Assembly: GCF_009914755.1 (NCBI RefSeq)
Contig: NC_060925.1
Length of the DNA stretch: 64,000 bases
Origin: the human T2T-CHM13v2.0 reference genome, Homo sapiens
Reading direction: 5' to 3' (one strand)
Shown: positions 41,018 to 56,402 of the stretch, in pieces
Layout: each line of letters opens with the position of its first letter
Position numbering within the stretch: position 1 is the stretch's first letter
The notes under the pieces: generated by a model
Databases searched by the model: none
Told to the model about the DNA's origin: nothing
Seen by the model: the letters and a program-made list of their open reading frames with translations, nothing else
Position numbers and translations under genes: made by a program

Positions 41018-43287
41018 CTAGGGAAGGTAGAGGTGGACACAGGGCTCGGCACCCGAGACTGGCAGCCTGGGTGAGCCCAGAAGGGCGACAGGTGCCCTTG
41101 TGGGCTGAGTGACATCCACGTGGGTGACAGAGATCTTGTGTGTACCCTGAAGGAAAGTGCGTGTGTGAATAATTCACAGGGCAGGGGTGGGGTGTGGCAA
41201 GTCACCTGGGGTCCCATCCCAGAAGGCTTTCAGTGTCTGGCTGATGACTTTCTCTTAGAAACTGGTCATTTTTCATCTTGACTGCACATCTGAATATTGT
41301 GAAAACTAAATTCAGTGGTTCAGTAGGTCTGGGGTGGTCTCTGAGCAGCCGCAATGTTGGGCTGGCTGTGGGGAGCCCTGGGGCATGTGTGAGCAGGCGA
41401 GGGCTGGAATGGCCCTGCATTTGGGGCCCAGCCTCTCACCCCCTGCCACTGATGGGCCCCCTTCTGGAGTTGATACAGAGCCAGAGTGAGGATCTCAATC
41501 CTGTCTTCATATCCCCAGCCTCAACCACCTGCTCCAGAGCCCTGCCCAGCCCAGCCAGGGCAGGGAGCCAGGAGGTGCCCCCTCACAAAATGCACACACA
41601 CACATAGTCTCAAAGTAATGAATTAATCAGTATTTACTTTCTACCAGTGAGTCATGGAGTGGAACAATTAGTGTAATTTCTCCCGTGACGAATTGCTGGG
41701 TCTTCCTCCTTTTTTAAACATTCTAGGAGCTCAGAGCAGTAGGGCCCAACTTTTCCCCAGCTCCCCTCTGCCCAGAAAGAAAAATACCCACGGTGGAGGA
41801 GCTAGAACTCCCCATGGCACTCCCCTCCACAACCTGAACCAGCCAACCCGGAGTCCCTGCTCCCTCCAGCTCTCTGGCAAGCAGCCTGAAGTCACACAGA
41901 AGAATGGGGACTGAGCAGGGACCCAGGCTCCGGCTCCTGCCCCTGCCCAGGGCTGTCTTCACTGTCTTTCTATCCTTCCCAGTAGGCTGGGCAGTGGCTG
42001 GGAGGCCTTTAGCTGGGAGGAGGGATACTAAGAGGTCTGTGGTCCCTGGAAGCCCCCAACTGAAGTAAATGTGGGTGCCAAAACAAGGGAGTCCCCAAGA
42101 TTCCTCAGTGACCAGTGCCACTTAGCCCCTAACTTCCTGCTCCAAGAAAAGCCTGTACAAACCCAAAGACCTACCCCCATGCCACATAGACCCTTGAAAT
42201 GACACACCCCAGAGACACAGCACATGCACAGACACACACTGAAACATGCTCACCTAAAAGCAGCCACAGAGGGCTCAGCGTGTCAGCATGCCTGGGGGTA
42301 AAAACAGCCACTCACATGGGGCAGGAGGAGCTGGGCCTGCTGTGCAGCTCTGAGCTCAGAGACAAGCATCGAGCCTCCTGGAAACCCATCAGCCTCCACT
42401 CAGGTAGCGCTCACCTACATACTATTCATCCCCAGCTCAGTAGCCATCGACATGACAACCGTTACCATGACGACCATCTTCTCCATGCTAACGACCAGGA
42501 GCTGCAGCTCCCCACAGAGATGGGGTGGTACAGGAGAGGGAGAGATCACGGGGGAACTGAGAGGATGACAGGGAAGGGGGAGGCAGAGACAGAGACGGTG
42601 ACAGAGAGTCGAGGACTGAGGGAGGCCAGGGGGCAGAGGGGCAGAGACGGGGAGGGTGGGCTGGGGGTACGAGAGAAGGAGAGAAGGCAAGGGTGGGAGG
42701 CAGAGGGGAGAACTCACACATCCTAATTTAGCCTCATGCTGATGAGGCAAGGCTGGGGAAGGGGCCACCTCAGTAATTTTCCAAACCTGCTTCCAAGAGT
42801 ACATTCTTTCCGAACAGCAAGCATCCCCAATGGCAGGGTGTGCAGGGGGAGGAACGGCCCAGTCACCCCTGAGCCCACCTGGGATGCTCAGCGGGAACTT
42901 AATGCGAGGACACCTGGGACCTGCAGGCATGGGCGCTGGGACTCATGAGGCCCTCTCAGGAACACTACAGAGGGGGTGCTGGTAGCTGCAACTCCCAGAG
43001 GGGACAGAGAAATAGGGGTTGGGGAACGGAGCCTGGGAGGCAGCAGGGAAAGCCTTAGAAGTCACAGAATGCCTGAGGAGGAGGGTGACAAGCAGGCTTT
43101 GACCCCCAAACGACCTCCGCATTTGCATAATCCATCATAATAAGCATAATTATCCATGCCATTCCCTTAAAGGAGAACTGAATCCAAAAGCCCCAGGACG
43201 CTGCCAGCTTCTCCTTGACCCTCACTGTGCCCCCTCCAGGTAAACACAACCCCCCCATGCCTGATAGGAGGCTTCCATACCCCCAAG

Positions 43288-43332
43288 ACACGCGCGCACG
43301 CATGCACACACACACACACACACACACACACG
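43288..43332 (+). repeat. (CG)/(CA)n alternating purine-pyrimidine tract
   Basis: acacgcgcgcacgcatgcacacac...cg, uninterrupted RY alternation for ~45 bp. Confidence 0.9.
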
Positions 43333-45084
43333 ACAGCCCAACATCCTCATGCATATATATTCTTCTGCATGTACTATGCACCCCAATGGATACACACACA
43401 CACTATTAAGTGCAATGTTTGCCCACACCAATCTGTATACTCACCACAGCCTATAGGCAATACAGCCCAGCCCACACCAGCACACACTCACCCATCTACT
43501 TCACCCCTAGCTGCCTGTACACATGCCCTAGGGTACTCACAGACACACACACACACTCCTCTCCTCACCACACACCCCACGGATGCCCCCGAGAAACCTC
43601 AGCACATTCTCCTGACCCCACGCACCACACTCACCTCACCAAGGCCCACAACACGGACCCACCGCCATGGCCACGTATGTTCCCTAAACACACATCGCTC
43701 CTAGACATCACCCTCGGCAGGTGCATCCTCTGACTCAGACATGAACCTCACAACTCGGATACAACCTTTCCTCTCGGCTGCACCCCCCACACACAGCGAG
43801 CGTGCCCGGTGGAAGCACTGAACCTTCTGCTTCCGGCCACCACTGATCTCGGGAGGGGACACCCAGCAGAGGCTCCGCAAGCGGCCCATGAAGGCCTGAG
43901 CATCAGGTCCCAGGGGAGCCGCTGAGCGTTCCCAGGGCACTCTAGAGACCTCTGCCTGCTGCTGCTGAGGGCCTGCCCCAGGCCAGGTGCTGGGAGCATG
44001 TTATTTATGCAGCCTCCTTTAAGCATCACAACTGCCCAGGGTTTTATCATCCCCATTCCACAGATGCAGGAACTGAGGCAGGGGTTAGAATCCAGGCATG
44101 AGGCCTCTGTCTCTGAAACCCTTGTCCTGGACATTCCTGAGCCACCCCCAGACCCATTGCTTGTCCAGGGCTAAATTCATACATCTGTGCCCCGCAGCTG
44201 CCCTCACCCCCTGCATGACATCAACTCGGCAATGCCCACAGCTGTCCATGCCCACCCAACATCCACACCCACGCGCCAGCACACGATGGTGATAAGACTA
44301 TGCAGCTCATAGCATTGCAGGAGAAGGGGCTGAGCACGGGACCCAACACACCAGGCACTCCCAACACCCTGCCTCCACATGTGCGCAGCCTACTTGTCCC
44401 TCCCTGAACCTGCCCCAGCAGACATACATCCCGCCTCACATGCCATTAACAGGTCCACAATACCTGCATCTCAGTTCCCTCCACACACACATGCGCGCAA
44501 ACACGCACTTTCCTTCCGGGTACACACAAGTGCACACACACATCGGGATGAAATGTGGCACCCTTCCTAGTGGACTGATGCCCCCTGCTTCCATTTTTCC
44601 TCACAGTCCCCTAGTCACCACACCTTCCTGAAGTAACCCACAGCCTCACTCCACAGAGGCACCTCAGGCTCCCAGCCCAGAAGGGACCAGGCCCAGCAGT
44701 GACCCACAGGCCCCCTCACTCCACATCCACTCCCACCGATCCTCTCCTAGAGTTTTAGAGCAGCAGCTGGGGAGGCTCCCCTGGGCCAGGGGCAAGGAGG
44801 TGCCACCTCCCAGGTTGCCCAGCCCCCTCCCTCCCAGGAGCACCCCATCAGGGCTGTGATGGGTGAGGGTCCAAATGAGCTGGATGTCAGCTAAGTCTCC
44901 TCACTTTCACGGCTACCTCTACCCACCCACTCATCACTCACTCTGAGTGCAGGGGACACGTTCAGGAAGGCCAGTGCATCCCTCCCACCCCATCCTCTCT
45001 CAGAGCCCACTCCAGAATTTGGGGTCTCTCGTGCCCAGCCCCACACCACCATGAGCCTTCCTAGAGAAACCGGTCAGCACAGAG

Positions 45085-45300
45085 GCAAAGCATAATGAAC
45101 CAGCTCCTCTTTACTACCCGGTTGGCTGTCAGGCAAGCCATTTAATCTCAGCACCTCAGTTTTCTCATCTGTAAAATGGAGATGATGAGAAGACTACGCA
45201 GCTCATAGCATTGCTGTGGGAAGGGGCTAAGCACAGGACCCGACACCAAGTGAAAAATGAATAAATCAGTGTAGCCACGATTGCTGTTAGTTTATGTTAA
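45085..45300 (+). mobile_element. MIR SINE (representative of many MIR copies in the window)
   Basis: MIR core cctcagttttctcatctgtaaaatgg. Confidence 0.8.
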
Positions 45301-48300
45301 AATTTCTATTATTATTTCGAAGCCTTTATCTCATGTAAGCCTCAACCTCCTCATGAGGGAAGCCAAATTGGGATGACTACACCCAGGCAGATGAGACGAT
45401 TAATGCCCGGAGAGGTTAAGTGGCATTGCCAAGGCCACACAGCAGGGGAGAGTGCAGAGAGAGACAAAAAGAGAGAGGTTGGATGAAGGGGGAGAAAGGG
45501 CAAGTTACAGAAACAGACACAAGCACACAAATTAGGTCAGCAGGCTGGGGGCCAGGAGCCCGGCACCCCTGTGCAGCGCTAATCATGTTGCAAAAAGCCA
45601 AGAATAAAATCGAGTGTAATTAGTTCTGCCCGAGCTTCCTTCCCCTAATTAGCCAGACTCAGGCCTCACTTTCCTGGTGACCAGAGGCGACATGAGCAAG
45701 GGGTGGGGGCCCAGCTTTAGGTTCTGACAGTCTTGGATTCAAATTCAGCTCTGCTTACTTGCTGGGTGACTTTGGATGTGTTACTTAACCTCTCTGAGCC
45801 TGTTTGGTTAAATGAGGCCAACAATGATACTTCATAGGGCAGTTGTGAGAATCAAGTGAGATCATGCCTGCACACAGTCGGAGCCGTATAAGGCTTTGTC
45901 TATATTCCTACAGCCTGCACTTCCCACCTCAGGCTGCAACTTCAAGGCTACACTGGGCCTGAGGGATCACTGAGTTCAACTCTCCCCTTTTACCGATGTG
46001 GAAACTGAGGCACAGAGAGGGGAAAGCCTTGCTTATCACGAAAGGAGGGGGCGGGGTTAGTCTGCCACGAAGCATTCAGAGAGGTAAAGTGATTTGCCCA
46101 AAGACACACAGCGACGTAACTACTAGCTCCTCGAGGCAGGGAGGGAGGGTGTCTCAGCATGGCCCTCTGGATCCCTGCAGGCTCCGTCCCCAAAAAGCCC
46201 TCAGTCCTGTGAGAACTCAGTGCCCCTCACGCTCACCAGATCCACCCCGGAGACCCAGAGCATCACCGCAGGAATGTGGGCTGGGGCCAAGCTCCGGGCA
46301 GCAAGACAGCCAAGGGGGCTGCACAATTGGGAGCCGGGACCAGGAGGGGGATGTCTCAGTCCCCACCCCCACCCAGCCACAGCTGCCCTGGCCAGGAAGC
46401 CGGCAGTCCCACACCCACTTGTGGCTGGAGATGAGGGGCACGAGGACTGCACCTGCTGGGGAAGGGGCTATGGAGCCCAAGTCCCAGAGAGCAGAAGCCC
46501 GGGGAGGAGTGGAATGGGGAGGGCAGAGAAGGCCAAGCTGAAACACCACAGACCCCCCCCAAGAAAAATCCACCAAGCCCAGACACACACCCTCCCACTC
46601 GCCCCAACTCACACACTCAAGCCTCTCACAAACCAAACCTATCCCCACCCCCTACTCCCATCTACAAAGGCAGCTCAGAGGGCAGGAAATGTTCCCTTTG
46701 GGCCTGTCCCATCCCAGTCAACTCCTCTGCAAAGATATCATGGCAGCAGAGCCCTCCCTACCCCAAGCCTGTATCTCTCCTGTCACCTCCAGTCTGCCCT
46801 CTACCCAGCCCTGTGTTCCCACCATCCCCCCAGGATGCCCTTTTTCCCACTGTGGCACCTGCCTCCACCCACATCCCCACCCCAGCCCCAACAGGAGAGC
46901 AGGTAGCAGCCCTGGCTCAGGCGCCCACAGCCTCCAAGACCGTGGACAAATCCTCTTCCCCCTTCTCTGCCTTTCCTTTGCCCCATTTGCAAAATGGAAA
47001 ACCAAGCATGGTGGTCTAAGGGCCTTTCTGATTCTGACACTCTGGACTCCCAAGAATTTGATCCTTAGGTCAAGGAGATCCAGGACAATGTAATTTACGA
47101 GAGGGAAAAAATGGAAATAACCCACATACTGAACGACAGGGGACGAGTTAAATAAATGAGGGTACAACCATAACATGGAATATTACGCAGCTATCAACAA
47201 TTGAGTTCTCACAAATCTACACTGTCTAATGAGGTTATTAAAAGACATAAATGTGTCATAGAAGGCTTTTTTTTACTTGCTACAAGGAATATTGAAGGAT
47301 GTAGGAAAATGCACATATTGATCATCAGAAGACAAGACAGTATAGCTGTTGATAGGAATATGCAGATGGCTCTCTCAATTCCGATGTGACTTTGGGCAGA
47401 TATTTAACTCTCTCAGGCTGCTTTAACTGGTAAAACAAAGATAAGAATGCCCACCTCGTGGGGTTTACAGAAGGAGGCTGGGCATGTTCACCCATTAACA
47501 AATTGCTCAGTAAATGCTGGCTATTAATATGAGTATCATCATTATGTTTAAAAAATAGGTTACAAAAAATATGTAGAACTTGATCCTGTTTTAATGAACT
47601 CACTATCAAAGTGAATTTCCAAATGCTGCATTATAACTAAAGGTTCCCAGAGGCTCTCTCTGGGTGGTGGGATTACAGGCAGCTTTAATTTCTTCTCAGG
47701 ACCTTTCTGTATTTTCCACAATTTCTCCGATAAACCCATAGCACTTTTGTTATTAGAGAGCGCACATCCTCCCTGAGTCTCCATCCCTGGTGTTCTCTGG
47801 TCTGTGAAACTTCCGGGTCCCCTGGTTCTGCTGAGACCCCATTGAGACTGTTCGTGAGGGACCTTACGAGGAAACTGAAAAGGGGGGTGGAAAGGAAATG
47901 AACACAAAAGCCTCTGAGGGAGCTGGCAGGGCCCACGGCCCAACCGAGTCTCACCACAGACAGGCTGGCTTGGCAGGACCTGGCTCCCTCCCCTGGCATC
48001 AGCCTGTCTGGCGGCCACCTTGGCCTGTGGTGCCCAGACACCCACCCGCCCGCCTTCTCCCATCAGCCCTGTTCCTGGCTCAGCCGGGCTGGCCAGTCTC
48101 TGTTGAGGTGCAGACTGGCTGCCCTACAGCAGCCCACTCTGTCCCCTGTGCCTAGACAGAAGCTGACAATGCAACCCTGGGAAAGCCAGGCCCCCTCCTC
48201 AACCCAGGGCTGGGACGCCTCCGTCACCGCCCCATCAATCCCAGCCACCTGCCCTCTCACGTCACTCTTGGCCACCCTGACTCACACTGCTCATTGATGC

Positions 48301-51300
48301 CTGTCCCCAAGCTCGTGCCTGAGAGCAGGACCACCCACTGAGGCCCCGTTTCCAGACCCAGCAGCACCCCCCACACCCCACTCCCAGCTGCCCACCCCCA
48401 TACTCCTCCCACACAAAACTATTTACAGTTCTGGGAACACGGGCTCCTTCAGGCCTGTTCCTGCTTCCTGGAATACCTTTCCCCACCATCTCTGCCTGGC
48501 CAGCACCTACTCAGCTGGTTAATCAGTAAAACCAATGGTTATTAAGCTCCTACTGTGTGCCAAGCACCATCCTAGGCACTAGATATGTCCCCACAAAGCT
48601 GGCTCAGCTCACACAATGCCTCCTTTGTCAGCCTGCTTGAATGTCACATACGCACGCCAACCACCTCCCTGGTCCAAATTAGGAAGTCCTTTCTTGGGGA
48701 CTCAGTACCTCCACTGTGTTGTCATTTACTAAGGGAGAAGGCCCACCAACCATGCTCCCATCACTCTAACAGGCCCTTCCACTGGATCTCAGTGAAACCA
48801 CTCAGCTGCCCTGGGAAGCAGATAATATGGTCTCCATTTATAGATGAGGAGACTGAGCCTGTTAAGCCACCAGTGGGGTCACACAGGAGTTGAATTCTGG
48901 CCTTGTTGAGTCTAAATCCTGTGTTCAGTGAACTCCTGAACCCCTGAGAATGCCTGCAGGGAATGCCAGTTTGTGATTCAAGACTCCTTCCACTGAGCAC
49001 TTTTCTGGAAAAGGCTGGGCCATTCCATCCCTTATGAAAATGATCACAGCCCCGACGGAGGGAGCCCTCACTAAGTGCCAGGTTCCTTATATGCACATTG
49101 CCTCATTTCTCTTCTCACTTGACCAGAAAGGGATTGCCATTCCCATTTCACAGATGGGCAAACTAAAATTCAGAGAGGTGAAGCAACTGGCTCAAAGTCA
49201 CACAGCAATGGGCCAGGATTTGAACCCAAGATTAGCTGAACCCCAAAGACCATGCCCTTTGGATTGCAGAGCACACCTGCTCCTAGCCCTAATCAGTTTC
49301 CCCTACCAGAAGGCTCTCAAAAGCAGGGCAAATGTCAGAGACCAGCACCACCTCACACTCAGCTCCCTGCACAGAGACAGCCTGAAAGCCTGGGAGTGAG
49401 TAGAAATGGAGGACAAGGCGCACTCACACGACAGGTGGCCCAGCTCAGGTAGGCACCCCCCGCCCCCACCATGACTCACCAGCAGGTGCCTCTAGGAGTC
49501 TGTCTCCAGGCTCCATGACGGTCACTGCCAGCAAACACGGCAAGGGTTGCCCGCTCCTGGGGCCCAGGAGTCTCCGAGGAACAACCTGGTGTGGAGTTAG
49601 GTGTTCCCGCCCTGGCTTCCCACTCCCAAACTGGTTACCTGGTCACATCCCTTCGCCTCACTGGGCCTCGCTCTGTCCTCCTATGAAACGGGAATAATGA
49701 TCCCCAACACACAGAGATACCAGCTGTCACGTGCCTAGTGGTGATAGGCAGTTAGTAGGCACTGGGACATGACACTGTGTCCCCACTCAAAGCTCACCTC
49801 CCTGAACCACCAAATCCACCCAAACGACGTCCCCACGTGCCCAGCTAGTCTGCAAAACCAGGGCTAGTCCTCAATCGCTTACCACTGCCTGAAAATTGGC
49901 TGGTTTATTTCCGGGCTTCAGAGGAATGTGTCTGTCTCCCCCTCCAATTGCTCCTGGTGGCAGTGACTGGGTCTGTGTGGTCATTTCTCTAACCCCAGGG
50001 CTCAGACTGCTTCTGGAACACAGTCAGCCTCCATCAGTCTTTGTTCAGTGAATACTGTGGGTTGCATCATCCCCCAGAGATCTGCATCACCTGCCTCCTG
50101 CTCCCAATCGCTATGGGATCCCAAGGCAGGCCCTGCTCTTCTCTGGCCTCAGTCTCCCTGTGTGTAAAACCGAGGAATGAACAAGAGTTCTCTCTGATCC
50201 CTCCAAAATCCAGCCAGGAGGACTCCAAGTGAGCTGGGAGGAGGGAAGAGAAACAGACACTGATCCCAGCATATTTTGTCACAAAATGTTTATGTAAATT
50301 ATATGCAAATATGCAGATCAGTGGGCTCCCAGTGGAGCATACATTCTGGCCATTTCTCAACCAGGACTGGAGGAAAGCAGCCTTCACTGAGCACACACTA
50401 AGCACTGGACTCTACCTTCTCAGGAGCCAGTGAAATGGGCCTCCTTACTCCACAGAGGCAGAAAGCCCAGGCGACTTGCTAGAGGTCAGTGAGCTCAGCC
50501 GGAGAGTCAGGATGGGATTCAGGACTGGAGCAGGGACAGGGAGAGCAGGCAGGGTGGGACGTGGCAGTGGGAAGGGGCTGGAGGAGCACATGGAGGCCCC
50601 TAAGAGCAGAAGGATCCTCAGCCTGACCTTGGAATCACTTGAAGCCAGGTGAGGGGGCTCCAGGGACCTCGCCAGCCCTAGAGCTCTGCTGGGCTGACCC
50701 CAGCCTCCTCCAGGGAACTGAAGAGAACCTGCTGGAGTCAGCCTGAGCAGGCCCAGACCTTCCAGCTGTCCCGGGAGCCTGCACAGCTCTGACGGCTCCC
50801 CAAAGCCCTCCCCACACACATGCTGAGCATACACCCTGGGCACACACAGCACACACACACACATAACTGAAACGGCCCTGTCTGTAAGAATGTGTGTGTG
50901 TGTCCAGGCCTCTCCTCCTGAGGAGGCGGGCTGTGGTTCCCCGCACCCTCCTGTTTGCTGGGTTATTTATAACCAGCCCAAACTCACACACAGTGGAGAT
51001 GCCACTCCCCGCCCCCAGCCTGGAGCAGTCCCACTGGCTTCTCGGCTGCTCCTCTTCTAGGGACAGAACAAGCCAGACTCAGATGATCTGAGCCACAGCA
51101 GCCTTGGAAGTCACCACCACCATCACCCAGATGGGAAACTGAGGCACAGAGCAAGGCATCAGACAAAAAGGCTGGAAGAAGGGTTGGCAGGGCCCTCAAA
51201 AGCCAGCCTAGGGCCACACTTGCCCCAGGACTGTCTCCAACCCAAGATGAGGCTCTGTGGGACACAGTGGGGTGAGAAAGGGAGGGAAGGAGGGAGCAGA

Positions 51301-51957
51301 CATGTCCAAGCCCTCACCCTCCCCTCCAGAGGCCTGGGAGACACAGCAGGGACTCTGATGCTCGACTATGTGGCTCCAAATCCCAGGACAGAACTTCACC
51401 AGCTACGCGACTCTGGGCAAGTCAGTCTACCTCTCTGAGCCTCAGTTTCTTCACCTACTAAATGGGTATAGTAATAGGACTGACCTCAGGGGTTGGGAGG
51501 ATTAAATAAGATGATCCAAACAAGGCTCTCAGCCCACAGTCTGACTACTTCTCAGCCTAGTGACCCAGAACAAGCTGCTTGGCTTGAGCCTCAGTTCCAC
51601 CATCTGCAAATGGAACAATGATATGGCCCAGAGGGTCATAAGGACTGAAGCACTGGTTCCCACACACAGTACGTGGTCAGCACGTACAAATTCCATCCTC
51701 TTTTCCTCCATTCCCGGGGGCCCCATGGTTGCTGACCACCCCCAGATCCTCTCCTTGATGCTCCCTGTCTCCCGTCTCTGAGCATCTACTATGTGCTGAG
51801 CTTGGTGGGGGTTGTTCTAGATATTATGCCATGGAATCTTCTAAACAACTCTTCAAGGGATAAATTCCCTTCCCAGCTCTGCAGTGGGCCTTCTGCCTTG
51901 TTGAATATAGATGTTCTATAAATACTTGAGGGATGAATGGATGCAAGAATGAATGTG

Positions 51958-52945
<988 letters not shown>

Positions 52946-53872
52946 AAAATAACAATGAATATGAGACTGAGGCTCAGAGAGGACAAGAAACTTGCCCAGG
53001 GTCACACAGCAGAGCCTGGACTCAAGTTCAGAGAAGCCCAGCATTCCTTATCCTGACAACACGCTTGTCTTGGCCCTGCTCACCTCCTCTCCCATTTGAA
53101 CATCTTCTTACCAAGCCTCAGGTGAAGCCTCCACAGCCCCCGCCCCCAGACAGGCAAACGTTTAGTCCGCAGACCACAAGTGGGAGGCCCAGCTCAGCAA
53201 CTGCCTCTTCTAGGCTGTTCAAAGGCCACTTTGTCAGGTGGGGCCAGTGGAGGGGGACAGGCTCAGCCCAGAGTCTTCAGAGACTCCAGGGACTCCAGAC
53301 CCAGGCTATCTGCCGTCCCCAACCCTCGACCCCAGCATTCCAGCTGCAGCCCTCAGTGGTTCCGGATGCCCCACCCCACCCTTTGACCATGTGCCTCACC
53401 CCTGGCTGCCCTCAGGAAAAGGCATGAGGATATGTCCCTGCCAGGGAAGGGGCAGAGCCTATCAGGGTCCCAGTGGTAAAACACGCCTGAATTTTAACTC
53501 AAGTCCATCTGCCCTCTGTCCCCATGGCTGTCTAGGGCAACCCTGAGGACAGGTGCCTCTTCAGGCCCCACCCTTCACCCTGGCCCCATCTTCACCTGGC
53601 TCCCAAGCACCAGCTCCGCCCAGCACAGCTGGCAGCCGCCAAGCCCCTCGGGTGGTTTCCACTCTACTCTCTGGCAGAGGCCTGTCTGTCCTGGGCTAGG
53701 CCTGGGCTGGAGCTACCAGGCCTTTGTCTGGAAGGTGCTCGGTAGCCCCGTCTCTCCTGCCTGGCTGAACTCAGGTATGAAGCCTAAAACCCCTTAGGCC
53801 CTGTCTTGAGCCTCAACACCTTGGCTTTGCCTCCCAGACTCTGATCTCTCAGCCATTAAGAAGGGAGGAGGA

Positions 53873-54180
<308 letters not shown>

Positions 54181-55629
54181 TTAGACTGCCAGGCAGGGAC
54201 CACAGAGGATCCTGAGTGGGGAGGCCAAGAACTCTACAAGGACCCCCTGCCCCTCAGCAATGGGGTGCAGGGAGCCAAAGAAAACCCAGTGCTCACCCCC
54301 CCAACCCAACATCCTCCTCCAGCCTCCTGCAGGTCCTGCGTTCCCCAGGTATCCTGCCAGCCCCTTCTCCACACAGCTACAGGCTCTTCCTCTCCCCCAC
54401 TGAGCTCAGAGTCCAAACACCTGCCAGGGCTCAAGGACCCTGAGTGCCCTGGCCCCTATCCCTGCAGCCCAGGGATAAGGCCTGGCCTCCACTCCTCATG
54501 TGTCACCTGAACGTGGCTTCCCTGAATCAAACTGCTTCAGGTCTCAGCTGACCCACCCACTCCACCAGGAATAGCTCCCTGAGCATCCCCAGGCAGGATC
54601 AGAAGCCCAGCTTCTGCCAGTAGGGACCTAGTCACACCAGCTTGGCCCCCTCCCCTGTAGGAAGCTCCACCAGGGCAAGGTTGCCCACCAGCCTTAGCCC
54701 CAGGCCCCCAGGCCCCCAGGGAATGAATGAATGAATGAATGAATGATCCTAAAACAGTCTACCAAACAGAAACCAAAGCTCTGCAGTAGACAGTGCTTGT
54801 GGGAGAGGAACTGGGCTAGAAAAGATGGACTCAAAGTTGGACTTCAGGCAAGTGGCTGTTGCTAGAACACAGTCTTGTTCCCCAAACCCAGGACGAGGAT
54901 GGGTAGTGACTGCCACCTCTGTGGTGATGGTGGGCTCTCATGGCCACTCCCCCAACATTTACCATGACTAGTAGCAGCCTGTGAGCAGAGCAGTGTGCTG
55001 GACTCTGCGCCAAGTAAGCCCTAGCTCTTGCAACACCCTGTAGCACCATGGTCACCCTCCAGCTTCATAGAGGACAACACAGGCTCAGAGGACGACACAA
55101 GTATAGTGACCTGCCCAAGTTCACCCAGCTGACATGCAGAGGTCAAAGTCCAAGTCCAAGTCCATGTCAAGTCTCAGCTGATTCATCCTCCCCTGAGCCT
55201 CCCCCGGCAGGATCAGAGGCCAGCTGCTGCCATTAGGGACCGAGTCACAGCAGCGTGGCCCCCTCCCCTATAGGGAGCTCCACCAGGGAAAGGCCAGCCC
55301 AACAGCCAAGTTGGGCTGATGCCCAAACGCCCTCTTTCCACCATTTATCACGGCCATCCCCTTAGACACAACACGGGACACACATCCCTGTAAACATGGA
55401 AAGGCAAAAGGGAGGGAAGTGCTGAGGGTGGGGAAGGTGCAGGGTCAGGGGAATCGGCCCATGCAATCTCTGTGCACCTCCACGGTGCCCCAGGCAGTGT
55501 GGAATGTTCCTCCCTCCCACAGCATGACAAAGACAGTCTCACCACTGTGCCATGGTCCATACCCACCCCACCCACCAGGAGCCCCCCCCCCCCCCCCCCA
55601 CCATGTCTCATGACCAAACATTTGTCAAA

Positions 55630-55775
55630 AGCAACACTATTGGTACCTGGGCAGGACGATTTTCCACCAGCGGGACTGTTCTGGACACTGTAGCCATTTA
55701 GCAGCCCGACCCCCACCTGGCCAATGCCAGCTGCACTTCCACTACTATGACAACCAAAAATTTCAAAATGCCCCA
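55630..55775. mobile_element. MER20-like hAT relic
   Basis: ggactgt.ctg..cactgtag..tttagcagc...atgccag..gcac..cc...tgacaaccaaaaat pattern. Confidence 0.55.
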
Positions 55776-56402
55776 GGAGCCAGCACCCTTAATGCCCAGC
55801 TCACGCGTCCCCTCCTCATGGAGGCGTCCCCATCCCACCCTAGTCTCAGGCAACCACCCCTCCTCCCTGCTCAGGGCCCCAACTTCAACATCTCTTGGTT
55901 GGGCATCATTTTCCCATAAGTCAGAAATGCTCTGATCAAAGAAACAGAATCCCCCCCAGAAATCAGAATCCCCACGAGGCCCTAGTGCCGAAGACTCTGA
56001 TCAGGGTTTCCCCAGGCAGGTGGTGAAATAAAGGGACCCGCGTCTCCTGGCCTCTCTGACCCCAGCTGTCAATTTCCTCAGGGGCACAGCCACACTCCCT
56101 CTCCTGCTACCCCCTAGCCTGCCGGCATCCAGAGTGTGGTAAATAACATATAACTGCATCTCCGAAGGAATCCAAGGTTGGTTTTTTAGTGCAGGGTGCG
56201 GGGGAATGAGAAGTGTCCCTGGAGGTCAGGCAGAAAACAAAGCTCTGAGGCCCTCCACACACACACCACACACACTGCTCCTGCCTTAATCACCTCTAAC
56301 GAGGCCAGATGACCAGCTGCCCCTCTGGCCTGGGCTCCTAGACCCTGGGATTAAGAGTCAGGATTAAGGACAGACATATTTTCGTAGCTCAGAGCCCCAG
56401 CA

